This document shows positions 1 to 12,421 of a stretch of DNA of 64,000 bases, piece after piece. The stretch covers positions 78,616,001-78,680,000 of the forward strand of contig NC_043001.1 of the NCBI RefSeq assembly GCF_006345805.1. The letters run 5' to 3'. The notes below the pieces were generated by a model. It made no database searches. It had not been told where the DNA came from and saw nothing but the letters and a program-made list of their open reading frames with translations. The DNA is from Octopus sinensis. Lineage: Eukaryota. Every line of letters starts with the position of its first letter. Positions within the stretch are counted from its first letter, which is position 1. The position numbers and the translations under genes are program-made.

Positions 1-83
1 TTGTGTAACTAATACATACATACATACATTTATATATATATATATGTGTATGTTTATAATTGTATGTGTATGTATGTAAATAT

Positions 84-124
<41 letters not shown>

Positions 125-129
125 GTATG

Positions 130-160
<31 letters not shown>

Positions 161-550
161 GTTTATAAATGTATGCGTATGTATGTAAATATATATATAC
201 ATACATATATATATATATATATGAATGTGTGCGTATGACTGCATAAGTATATGTACGTCTGTTTGTCTCTATGTGACGTTGAATGTTCGTTCGTGCTTGT
301 AGTTATTTATGTATATTTCACTCTCCGTTTCTCGATATATGTGTGTGTATATGCATACACGCATACATACATGCATGTATATGTATGTGCGCGCGCGCGT
401 GTATGTGTGTGTGTATAAAATATACGTGAACAAACATGTCATAAGCCTATGCATATTCATATGAAAATTGCTCTGTATCATCGTCTCTCATCTATTATAC
501 ATACATACACATACATACGCACACACATATATATATGAATGTATATATAT

Positions 551-633
<83 letters not shown>

Positions 634-665
634 GTACACACGTATTTGTGTTTATTTGAATATAT
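1..665. repeat. (TA)n/(TG)n/(TACA)n microsatellite field
   Basis: Continuous dinucleotide and tetranucleotide runs; the IY/YI-rich ORFs here are read-through. Confidence 0.95.
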
Positions 666-1121
666 GAATATATATATATGAATATATATAAGGACGTGTG
701 TCCCTGGAAATATTGTAAAACTATAAAATAAAATAAAATGATCGAGGTGAAAACTAAATGAAAACGAAGAATTTGATAAGTAAATATTTCTGCAAGATGT
801 ATACATGCAGAACGGTATATTTGTTCATTTTTCAATATATTTTCCTTTTTGTTTTCCACTTTCTGTATATTATATATATATACATATATGTATATATGTA
901 TGTATATGATGTTATATTATATTTATCTCCCTTTACTCTCTACTTCTTATTTTCCCTTCTGTAATTTTTTTTTTTTTGCGGCCATCATGAAACGTTCTTT
1001 CTGTCTCTTTTTAAACAAATATTAGATTAAAGATAGAAATAATCAAAACTAAAGTAGGCTACAGATAATAACTGCTCTAAATTGGTCTGTATATGAAATT
1101 TTATTAAAAACTAACGAAAAC

Positions 1122-1133
1122 AACAACAACATA

Positions 1134-1231
<98 letters not shown>

Positions 1232-1268
1232 CAACAATAACAACGGCAGCAACAACAACAATAATAAT
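1122..1268. repeat. (AAT)n/(AAC)n microsatellite
   Basis: Direct reading. Confidence 0.95.
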
Positions 1269-1422
1269 ATCGATAAATAAATATATTTCATTCGTTTGAG
1301 AGTTATGAATGTTAGCGTTAGAATACTACAAGTTGTACATAGGCATACATTTTCATCATACACTCACACATGCACATAGGAATACTTCAATCCATATTCA
1401 TATATACATACACACACACACA

Positions 1423-1459
<37 letters not shown>

Positions 1460-1764
1460 GCACAAAAAAATATACGCACACACATATATATGCATGTATA
1501 TATATATATATGAATACAAACAAGTGTATGTATGCATATATATATACGTATATAAATGAACACATTGAATGTATGTATGCATACATGCACACATGCATAC
1601 ATTCATACATACATACATACGTACATACATACATACATACATACATGCATACATATATAAATACATACATACATAAATATAGGTTTTTGTGTGCATGTAT
1701 GTGTGAATCTTCGTACATATCTGTTTCTCTCCGTCTATCAAGCTGACTGTCTATTCTTCTATCA

Positions 1765-1851
<87 letters not shown>

Positions 1852-1852
1852 C

Positions 1853-1906
<54 letters not shown>

Positions 1907-1950
1907 GTCTATCTATCTGTCTATCTATCTGTCTGTCTGTCTGTCTGTCT
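1765..1950. repeat. (TCTA)n/(TCTG)n microsatellite
   Basis: Direct reading. Confidence 0.95.
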
Positions 1951-1965
1951 ATTTTTCCGTCTATA

Positions 1966-2290
1966 ACTACATGGTTTCGTGTTCAGTTCCACTACGTGGT
2001 ACAGTCGACAACAGACTTCTATTCGAGCTCCTGATCCACCTAATACTTGTGAGCAGGTTGAATAGACGGAAACTGAAAGAATTCCTATATAAATATATAT
2101 ATGTATATGACTGTGTGTGCATTTGTGCGGAGGGGGTGTTGCGCGCGTTGGTATATTTGTTTTACTTTTGTATTTCGTTCCGTATCATCTTTTGAGAACC
2201 GGTTTGGGTTTGTTTACATCACTGTAATTCATCGGATAGCAAAAAGAGCCCGATAAGATAATAGCAGACTTTTAAAAATGAGCCTCAGCG
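1966..2290 (+). mobile_element. Degraded SINE related to family A
   Basis: catggtttcgtgttcagttccactacgtgg and gacggaaactgaaagaa match the family A copy at 4671. Confidence 0.55.
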
Positions 2291-2294
2291 TTAT

Positions 2295-2410
2295 GCCTGA
2301 AGCAAGCAATTCCGTTTGAAACGTAAAAGACTTTCACAATTTCCCGAGCGCCAACTCTTTGTTGTTCATACACCTGTCTTCGTCTTCGTTTTTCTGTAAA
2401 TTTAAACTAC
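2295..2410 (+). mobile_element. Degenerate copy of the PLE family 1 terminal repeat
   Basis: gaaacgtaaaagactt ... cacctgtcttcgtctt resembles 2750-2850. Confidence 0.5.
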
Positions 2411-2454
2411 ATATACATACATAAATATATATAATATATATATATATATATAAA

Positions 2455-2640
2455 TGCGCTCTTTTCTATGGCGTATGTGTTCCCCAGCTGGACGGGAGGC
2501 CAGTCCATCGCAGCGTTACTCACTTCTGCTAGATGAGTGGACTGAAGCAACGTGAAATAAAATGCTTTTCTCAAGAACACAACGCGTCGCCCGGTCCAGG
2601 AATCGAAACCTCAGTCGTACGATCTTACGATCATGGTGCT
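2455..2640 (-). mobile_element. tRNA-headed SINE, family B
   Basis: Reverse complement reads ggtttcgattcctggaccgggcgacgcgttgtgttcttgag, similar to the copies at 10878 and 33525. Confidence 0.75.
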
Positions 2641-2679
2641 GACATATTTATATATATGTTGATTCGCTAGCTTTTGCAC

Positions 2680-2885
2680 GCATATTTTTTTCTCTCCTTC
2701 TTTCTGTGTTTTTTTTCTCTGTGTATCTTTCTGTTGAAGGGCGTAGGCTCGAAACGTTAAAGACTTGTTTCATTTATATTTCCTGAGCGTCATACTAATA
2801 CAATTGTTTGTTTGTATTCCACCTGCCTTCGTCTTTTGTTTATTTCCGTAAACCTGCCTTCGTCTTTTGTCTATTTTCATAAAGC
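2680..2885 (+). mobile_element. PLE family 1 terminal-repeat fragment with hammerhead-like motif (2726-2763)
   Basis: tcttt-CTGTTGA-a-gggc-gtag-gctc-GAAACGT-T-aaaga; homologous to 44520, 55930 and 58335; ends in a 31-bp tandem duplication. Confidence 0.7.
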
Positions 2886-3477
2886 TTACCGTTATATATA
2901 TATATATATATATATATACACGCGCACACACACACATTGAGTAAAGTGAGTAACACAGTAGATGAGAAAATAGTACTATTCTTGTGAATCTCTGTGTTAC
3001 GTGTTTTTGAATGGGTTTGCATGCCGTTGCGTAAGTGTGAGCATGTGTGCTGACTAGAATTTCCGACACGGTTTCCGAATTACTGGAGCATACTTGAAGA
3101 CAACAAATGCAATATTGCAAATAATATTATGATATACGCTTTATGTGCCAATGCCCTATATCACTAGAGAAAATAGACGTATACCTTTCATTTGCATCCT
3201 TTCATATTTAATGTTATATTCGCAGATTCGTCTTGCCTTGAAATCGTTCGGGGAATTGGGAACTTTTTCTTTCATTCTAATTACTTATTCCCTCCTTTAT
3301 AAATATAATTTTGTGCCAGAGTGAAGTGTGATCATTAACGCACGTTTCACTATGTTGGTAGTTGTATTTTTTATATGGAAATTTAATCATTTGATATAAG
3401 CAAATTGTCGTTGCCTGCTTATTGGCTTCAAATTTTTGGCAGAAGGCAAGCAATGTCGAAGAAGGAGATAAGTCGAT

Positions 3478-3700
3478 TCTTTTCTACTCTAGGCACAAGA
3501 CCCAAAATGTTAGGGGTGGGGTGGGGTGGGGACAGTCGATTTTGATCGTCCCCACTACGCAACCGGTACTTATTTAATCGACCCCGAAAGGATGAAAGGC
3601 AAAGTCGACCTCGGTGGAATTTGAATTCAGAACGTAACGGCAGAGGAAATACCGCAAAGCATTTCATCCGGCGTACTAACGATTCTGCCAGCTCGCCGTC
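3478..3700 (-). mobile_element. SINE family C
   Basis: gaccccgaaaggatgaaaggcaaagtcgacctcgg..gaatttgaa..cagaacgt, shared by about 10 copies in the window. Confidence 0.85.
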
Positions 3701-3804
3701 TTTTTTGCTTTGATTATATTATCTCTTTGCATATACATATACCACTGTTTTGTATACCGTTTATTGTATAGGTAGAGTTGATTATATTTCAGTATTGGTT
3801 TCAA

Positions 3805-4076
3805 ACTTTGGCGCAAGGCCAGCAATTTCAGGAGAGGGGATACATCGATTACATCGATCCTAATACTTAACTGGTTCTTACTTATTATATTTTAACTGGT
3901 ACTTATTTATTATATTAGATCGATTAGATCAACCCCAGTACGCAACTGGTACTTAATTGTTCGACTCTGAAAGGATGAAAAGCAAAGTCTACCTCGGCGG
4001 AATTTGAACTCAGAACGTAATGACGGACGAAATGCCGCTGAGCATTTCGACCGGTGTGCTAAGGTTTCTGCCAGCC
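3805..4076 (-). mobile_element. SINE family C
   Basis: Same body as 3478-3700. Confidence 0.8.
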
Positions 4077-4105
4077 TTATAATATTCAAACATTGTAAAT
4101 AAATA

Positions 4106-4654
4106 TACGAGGTGTACTCCAGAGATTTTGAGATTTATTTTAGAAGAGACAGTTATAACTGCTGTAGATTACTGTAATTTAAGTATATCATTACCATACA
4201 CCGAAGAAGCTGAGCGGCCAACTTTTGTCATACCAGATTTGAGACAGTTGTAACAGCCCTTTGAACATATGCTACTCATCACTGCATCTCACAGCCTCCA
4301 TCACCTTCTTAATGTCTTCAAAACACCTGACCTCAGGTTTTCCATCAGCTTGTGGAACAACCAAAAGTCACAGGAAGTATGGTCTGGAGTGTAGGGAGGG
4401 CGAGGGACAACCAACATCTCTGTCAAGTTGTTGATTACCGGGTTTCTCGATACCCTGGGAGCAAACTTTATACAAATTTTGCACATTTTCAGATCTTCAT
4501 GAAGAATTCTGTGTACATTTGTCACAACGATTCCAAACTGTATGTTTATTGTCATTATCAACACACGACGCTCTTCCAGAAAACGCGAATTTTATCAAGT
4601 ATCTTTCCCTCCCACAATTCTCATTGCATCTCACCTCTCTCTACAATCCTCGTA
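4106..4654 (-). mobile_element. Internally deleted mariner transposon relic
   Basis: ORF 4301-4564(-) contains VHRILHEDL..K..FAPR and PRPPYTPDHTSCDFWLFHKL (YSPDLAP-type motif); TACGAGG at 4106 and its reverse complement at 4648-4654. Confidence 0.85.
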
Positions 4655-4670
4655 ATTCTAAGGCAACACA

Positions 4671-5080
4671 GGCGCAGGAGTGGCTGTGTGGTAAGTAGCT
4701 TGCTAACCAACCATATGGTTCCGGGTTCAGTCCCACTGCGTGGCATCTTGGGCAAGTGTCTTCTGCTATAGCCCCGGGCCGAACAATGCCTTGTGAGTGG
4801 ATTTGGTAGACGGACACTGAAAGAAGCCTGTCGTATATATGTATATATATATATATATGTGTGTTTGTGTGTGTGTGTTTGTCCCCCTAGCATTGCTTGG
4901 CAACCGATTCTGGTGTGTTTATGTCCCCGTCACTTAGCGGTTCGGCAAAAAGAGACCGATAGAATAAGTACTGGGCTTACAAAGAATAAGTCCCGGGGTC
5001 GATTTGCTCGACTAAAGGCGGTGCTCCAGCATGGCCGCAGTCAAATGACTGAAACAAGTAAAAGAGAAAGAGAAAGAGAA
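4671..5080 (+). mobile_element. SINE family A, full length
   Basis: Head ggcgcaggagtggctgtgtggtaag, B-box-like gggttcagtccc, central (TA/TG)n, tail gactgaaacaagtaaaagag. Confidence 0.9.
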
Positions 5081-6639
5081 CCGACATGTTATGATGGGCA
5101 ATTTAACATGCTGGCAAATTTACTGGTGTCGGGCCAAATTAATGAGTGGAAAGCAGATTAAAAGTATTCTCTTGGCCATTAGGTTGATGGGGTTCCGTGT
5201 TAGCCTTCTCACCCTTTAAAAACTACACCTGTTCCAAAAAGGTTGACGATAGAACCAAAGTATATGTCATAGTTTGGGAATGTCGGATTAGGAGAAAGTG
5301 GCAGACGCATGGTAAAGTTAAATGGTGGGGAAATTCACGATGCTTTAAAACGCTGGAGAATACGAAAGACTGGGGATAAATTTGGTGCCGGTTCAAATTA
5401 ATGAATGGAAATTAGATTAAAAGTATTTTCTTGGCCAGCAGGATAAATGGTGGGGAAATTGAAGATGATTTACACCACTGGAGGATACGAATGTCTGAGG
5501 ATGTGATCATTGCCAAGGAAAGAAGAAAGCAGGTGTCTTTTATTCGATGCATTAATGTCAACAACGGGACAATATAACTAGAAAAGGAAAGGAGAAACTA
5601 TTAAAATATACATGTGTGAGCCCCTTAGCATGGTCGTTGATACAAAGGGAGGTAACTCTATGCTCATTATGTGATTACAAATTTGATTTTGAAAGGAAAA
5701 ATTCTGAGGACGACACAAAGAATTGACATATTTAAATATATAATTTAATATTTTTATATCTAGGTCGAAGTTCGAACAAGATATTAAGATATGAGAATAT
5801 AGATAAGCAGTGGGTCGGAGTTGGAAATAGAAATAATCCCTATCATCATTATCTTGTTCAAAATGATTATATAAAAAGACAGAGAAGAAGCACGTGATTT
5901 ACACAAATTATACAAATACAGTGCAACGACGCACTGTACGAACATTGCATCGAGAATTTTTAATATAATAGTAAACAGCTACAAAGTAAAGCACTGCATA
6001 ATAAACAAGATCTTAATTAAAAAAAAATTACGAAGTCGTTTTCAATTTATCATTCTTTTTTTTTTTCGTTGCTTCTTTTATATTTCATTTTAGCTAACAA
6101 TATTTTGAACAGCAAATTTAGCAATTTTACAAAACAAATTTGAAGCAGAGAGTTAAATTTGAAATCTGCAAGTTTCCAAACGTTCCAGGGAGGTGCGAAA
6201 ACAAAAAAGAAAAAAAGAATTAAATAGCAGAAGCTAATCAAACAAACAAACCAAAAAATAGAGCAAACAAAAACGCAACAATAGATGTATATGAAGATAA
6301 CAGGCAACACTTTGCGACCAGTGAAATGTTATCAATTCAGTGTCAAAGATTTTCTGACTGGAATAGAGATTTTATCCACCTAGCACTTTCACGTCTGCAG
6401 AAAAATGGTTACTAAGCAGAATAAACACTTCTTTCTCTCTCACCCACACTCTATCACTTTCACACTCTCTTCCTCTCTCTGCATATCTATCAATATGCGT
6501 GTTTCAATACACATGCACTCGCGCTTATAGATATGAATACACACACACACACAAACATATGTATATGTATATATATATGTACATACATGCATACATACAT
6601 ACATATGTATATCGCTTATATCTCGCTTAGTCTTAAACC

Positions 6640-6735
6640 TCTTCTTCTTTTCTTCTTCTTCTTCTTCTTCTGCTTTTCTCATTCTTTTGCTCTTTATCGT
6701 TAACATCCGCTCTTGCGGCTGCAAAATGCTGCCAA

Positions 6736-6770
<35 letters not shown>

Positions 6771-6837
6771 AACCACCACCACAACCACCACCACCACCAC
6801 CACCACCACCACCACCACCACCACCACCACCACCACC

Positions 6838-6916
<79 letters not shown>

Positions 6917-6990
6917 ATCCAACACCACCACCACCACCACCACCACCACTACTACTACTACTACTACATCCGCCGCCGCTGCTGTTGCTG
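6640..6990. repeat. Compound trinucleotide array (CTT)n-(CTA)n-(CCA)n
   Basis: Direct reading; source of the poly-Y/H/T/P/V ORFs. Confidence 0.95.
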
Positions 6991-7909
6991 CTACCAACAT
7001 GTATAGCATTTATTCTATTCTTCATTATTGTCTCGTTCGTTACCTTTATTTTCCTTTCTTAATTTTCTCCTCTTCTCGTCTTCCTGCTTCCTTTCTTTTA
7101 GCTCCTCTCCCTTTAACTTTATATCGAAATTTCCTTTTGTCTCTCGCCTATTGTTTGCTCTATCTTTTTATACTTGGAAAGGAATTATGGATATAGCACA
7201 AACCAGTCAAAAACACTAGTAAAGCACGTCTGGCGTTACCATAGTCGATATTTTTATCTAGGGATCATATGTACAACATTAAAAATAAGATAAAACAACT
7301 GCACCAACAATGATAAAAACAATGATATTTTTACCGCTATAGACCTCAAAACTTTGAGGTTACTATAAAACGTGGAGATTTAACACTAGTTCTTTTACAT
7401 CCAATTTTATGAAATTAAATGACAGCAACAGTAATGATAAATATACAAATAAGACAAAGTAGTCTCAGAAAAGGATATTTGTCTCTATGTAAATAGAAAC
7501 TAGAAGATAACTGCACAGAAAAAGAAAATATTTAATCATGAACAAAGCAGTAGGAAAAAGCGATTAAATTTCAAAATATACCGAAGAAATAAATTGAAAG
7601 AAAAATAAATCCGTGCTAGAAATAAAGTCTGAGTGAAATAAAACAATGTACTATGGCTTACATATGCTATGATCCATGACTTTGTCTTCATTGATGTCAT
7701 CTGAGGTAGGTCTTTCCAGACTGAAACCGAAGATAACTTTAGAAATAAAATCTAGAAGAGGAACAAAAATCCGTGTCCTCTGATAGGCATATTTAACATT
7801 ACAAAATACGTCCATAAAACACACATGTTAGAATTTCTACATATTAATTAAATTTCTGTTAGAACAACGAATGTTTAGAGAGAAAAATACAGACCAACAA
7901 GTTTTACAT

Positions 7910-8082
7910 TGTTCTGTATTCAAGAGATGAGGAATTATGCACATTATTTACATTATTTACATTTGACGGATATTTGTTCTCATCTTGATTGTTGCTTACA
8001 CAACGTTTCCGAATATATTCCCTCCAGCCTTCATCAGTTGTCTTGGGGAAATTTACAACATGAGTTAGCTTTCCTAAAGTAT
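7910..8082 (-). mobile_element. Inverted copy of the hammerhead-bearing tail of the adjacent SINE
   Basis: 7945-8082 is the reverse complement of about 8385-8524; the minus strand reads gacaa-CTGATGA-a-ggctg...GAAACGTT-gtgt (7997-8042). Confidence 0.85.
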
Positions 8083-8150
8083 GGCGTAGTGGTTAAAAGC
8101 GCGGGCCAATAACCCCAAGATTCCGAGTTCGATTTCAGGCAGTGACCTGT

Positions 8151-8199
<49 letters not shown>

Positions 8200-8256
8200 T
8201 AATAATAATATAATGATAATAATAATAATAATAATAACAACAACAACAACAACAAC

Positions 8257-8304
<48 letters not shown>

Positions 8305-8524
8305 TAATAATAATAATAATAATAACAACAGCAACAATAACAATAATAATAATGATAATAGCAACAACAACAACAACATCGAAATATACCTTAAGAATGA
8401 GAACCCAGGTTCGAAATTTCCCCAAGACTCCTGATGAAAGCTGGAGGGTATATAATTTAAAACGTTGAGTTACCAACAAACAAGATGAGGACAAATATCC
8501 TTCAAATGTAAATAATGTGAATAA
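8082..8524 (+). mobile_element. tRNA-headed SINE with (TAA)n spacer and PLE-type hammerhead tail
   Basis: A box tggcgtagtgg (8082), B box gagttcgatttc (8125), (TAA/CAA)n 8150-8375, tail with gactc-CTGATGA...aaacgtt-gagtt (8426-8471). Confidence 0.7.
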
Positions 8525-8587
8525 ATTTTACACCTATCCACATCCTTTTGTGAATATGAAAGCACAAGATAAACACATTGCTATATC

Positions 8588-8800
8588 CTTTTCTACTCTA
8601 GGCACAAGGTCCGAAATTTTGGGGGAAGTCGCCAGTCGATTAGACTGAACTCAGTACGCAACTGGTGCTTGATTTATCGACCCCGAAAGGATGAAATGCA
8701 AAGTGAACTTCTGCGGAATTTGAACTCAGAACGTAAAGACAGACGAAATCCCACTAAGCATTTCACCCGACTTGCTAAAGTTTCTGCCAGCTCGCCGCCT
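8588..8800 (-). mobile_element. SINE family C
   Basis: Same body as 3478-3700. Confidence 0.85.
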
Positions 8801-8937
8801 TCAATACATTGATATATTAACAACACGATGACATGCCACACTAAAATCCCCACATACTAACAGGAAATAACCAAATACAATAAACGAATATAAACAGGAA
8901 TTAAGCTAAAAAAACAACAACGACAACAAGTAAAGAA

Positions 8938-9330
8938 AGTGGAGCTGGCAGAATCGTTAGCACACCGGGCGAAATGCTTAGCGGTATTTCGACTGCCGAT
9001 ACGTTGAGTTCAAATTCCGCCAAAGTCGACGTCGCCTTTCATCCTTTCGGGGTCGATAAATTAAGTAGCAGTTACGCACTAGGGTCGATATAATCGACTT
9101 AATCCGTTTGTCTGTCCTTGTTTGTCCCCTCTATGTTTAGACCCTTGTGGGTAATAAAGAAATAGGTATTTCGTCTGTCTTTATGTTCTGAGTTCAAATT
9201 CCGCCGAGGTCGACTTTGCCTTTCATCCTTCCGGGGTTGATAAATTAAGTACCAGTTGCATACTGGTGACGATCTAATCGACTGGCCCCTCCCCAAAAAT
9301 GTCGGGCCTTGTGCCTAGACTAGAAAAGGA
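8938..9330 (+). mobile_element. SINE family C head-to-tail dimer with two different tails
   Basis: The body gagttcaaattccgcc..gtcgac..gcctttcatcct occurs twice (about 9006 and 9190). Confidence 0.85.
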
Positions 9331-10877
9331 CCAACTAAAACATACCACCTACTAACATACTTTTGTGAACCACTAAAACATTAAAAAAACAATTGACACA
9401 CCCATTTACCCAGATTTTAAATACGGATCTAAACTTCCACATTTGACCTTTGCATTGTCAAAACAAAAGACTAACTCCAATAAAAACAAAAATAACTAAA
9501 GCTACTAGTAAATGATAGACATGTCTGCATCCTTTTTATGAACCAGTAAAAGGTATTGTCATGACCCGAAGTGGTGACACATAAATATAGACACCTAAAT
9601 AAAAAGTTCTATACACATGAACAATAATACAACTTCAAACTTAATCAATAAAAACTTCTCTAAAACACCTATCACAACCCATTCTTCAACCTAATGAACA
9701 CTTCACTCAAATCCACATACACAAGGAAGAGCTCAACTCAACAAAGACTATATAGAACCAAGATTAACTTCAATGTAATGCATTCCGACGATGGGTTAGG
9801 CAGCGAAAACTTCGAAGTCACTGTCAATAATATTCTTCTTTAAGACTAATGTATTTATTCTCTACAAAAGTATATAGCAACTCATGGGATTAACGTAAAG
9901 TTGTTCTTGTTATAAGTCAACGTAAAAACACACATTTATATATAAATTTGTTTCGACACACGAGCTCACACCAAGAATCTCACAAAAATAATATGAAAAC
10001 GAGATTTCATAGCTCTTAACATTTTCAAGATGGAAATTCCTCCCTCTAACTCTCTCTCGACCCCTTTCATTCTCTCTAGAGCTCTATCCCTCTCTCTTGA
10101 CCTTCTCACACTCACTTTCGCTTTTCCTGCCTCACCTGGTTTCAATTATATTCGATAATGTTGATAAAAGTTTGGCCTGACAGGGAGAGCTTTCTACTCA
10201 GAGATTTTCACCGACATAGTCATCTCATCAGACAGAGGACGGATTATCACGATAACCTTAGCTGACAGACAAATCCGTTCAGTAATTGATAAAAGTAAGT
10301 GACATAATACCTGATTAGTCATTCCTAATATAAGGATCGTACAATGTTATCTTCATAATCGTTCACTGTATGACCATCATCTCTTCTTTCCAGGCGAAGT
10401 TAGCCAATGCGTCATTCACATTTGTGAAATAGTTGTGCATGATATGAGGGAAATTTGTTTGCTGTTTCTTGCAGATTGACAGGCTGCACCGAAACCATGT
10501 ACATTGCGTGTACATGCGCGCGTGTATATGCGCGCGTGTATATGAGCGTATGTGTGTGTGCGCGCGCGCGCATGCGCGCGTGTGTGTGCGTGTGTGTGTT
10601 TGTGCTTGCTAGGTCTCACCGCGAATACTGCTGTACACTGTGGTCCCCTTACACAAAAGATGATACAACGATGATTGGAAGACCCCCAGAGATGAATCAC
10701 AGAACATATAGTTAGCATGACATCCCTAGATTATTGAGCTCACCTCAAAAAATGGAAAATCTATTCTCCAGGCGAAATAACTCAGAAGATCTCATTGTCA
10801 CAAGCCAGACTTGTAAATCAGTGGTCCAATGTTTTTCCTTTATTTACACTTACTTCTCTTATACACACTTCTAATAC

Positions 10878-11220
10878 GCACATGGCTCAGTGGTTAAAGC
10901 GTTGGGCACATAATTAAGAGGTAGTGAGTTCGATTCCTGGACCGTGCTGTGTGTTTTTTGCTTGATTAAGACGTTTTATTTTGCGTTGCTCCAGTTCACT
11001 CATCTGTAGAAATGAGTTCCGATGTCACTGGTGCCATGTTGTATTAGCCTTCGCTTTTCCCTTGGATAGCATCGGTGGCATGGAAAGGCGAGTCTGTTAT
11101 GCATGGGCGACTGCTGACCATCCATAAACAATGTTGCTCAGACTTGTGCCTTGGAGGGGAAGTTTCTAGGAGCAATCCAATGGTTTTCCATGAACGAAGA
11201 GGGTCTTTACCCTTTACACT
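10878..11220 (+). mobile_element. tRNA-headed SINE, family B-like
   Basis: A box tggctcagtgg, B box gagttcgattcc, core gttgctccagttcactca. Confidence 0.75.
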
Positions 11221-11709
11221 AATATAATTCGGCACGCATAAATGAGATCTGATACCTCCCTGCCTCGTTTAGGTTTTCCTGATATGGTATATTACAACAA
11301 GATTATGAGAGGTAAAGGTGAAGAGTTTACATGTAAGTATACAATAAAAAAAAGACTATTCATAGTGTGAAGACTACTATCCTTTGATTCCTGCTGCTAC
11401 TACTACCATTTGCTCTTCCATGGTTTTGTCAGTGTTTAGCTGGTCAACAACTTGCTGAAGAAAAGGTAATTTAGTTTTCGAATAGTGCCATCTTAATCAA
11501 ATTCCTTTCTTTACGCAATCAGTTCATTGGGCCTTGAAGAGGATAGTGGACGAAAAAATTGTTCTCAACTTTTTCAGTCGACTGATTATCTATCGATAAA
11601 TTAATAAAATTAATCTCCATTATGCTTATCCAAAAACAATTGTATAAGCCCCGCCACCACCAAAAATGTATAAAATCCATTATCAGTGTGTTATATATAT
11701 ATTTTTTTA

Positions 11710-12155
11710 TCTTTTATTTGTTTCAGCCATTAGACTGTGGCTATACTGGGGCACCACCTTGAGGAAATTTTAGGTGGATGAATCGACCCCAGTACTTATG
11801 TTTTGTTAAGCCTGATACTTATTCTATCGATCACTTTGTGAAACGCTCGATTACGCGGACATAAACACACCAAAACAGGTTGTCAAGCGGTCGTGGAGGA
11901 CAAGCACACACAGGGACACTCGCACACACAGGGACACTTGCACACATATGGACACTCGCACACAGACACACGAACACACGTACACACACACGAACACACA
12001 TAAACACACATATATGACGATCTTCTTACAGTTTCCGTCCACCAAATCAACTTTGGTCGGCCCGAGGCAATAATACAAAACACTCGCCCAAGGTGCCACG
12101 CTGTGGGACTGAATCCGGAACCATGTTGTTAGGAAGCAAGCTTCTTACCACACAC
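11710..12155 (-). mobile_element. SINE family A
   Basis: Reverse-complement match to 4671-5080. Confidence 0.8.
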
Positions 12156-12158
12156 ACA

Positions 12159-12204
<46 letters not shown>

Positions 12205-12383
12205 ATGTATGTGTTTGTGTGTTCACATAAATATACACACACATATTATCGAAATAGAAGATGTATATGATTTCCGAAAATGAACAAAGGACAGAGAAGC
12301 ATCGAAATCCATTCAATATGTATATATTTGTATATCTGTGTTTTTGTGTGTATATGCGTATGTGTGTGCGTGTGTGTGCGTGT

Positions 12384-12421
<38 letters not shown>

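Noticed and set aside
8082-8150. tRNA gene (likewise the heads at 10878, 14262, 33790 and 56367)
   Set aside because: A/B boxes are present but there is no complete acceptor stem, and each continues into a SINE body.
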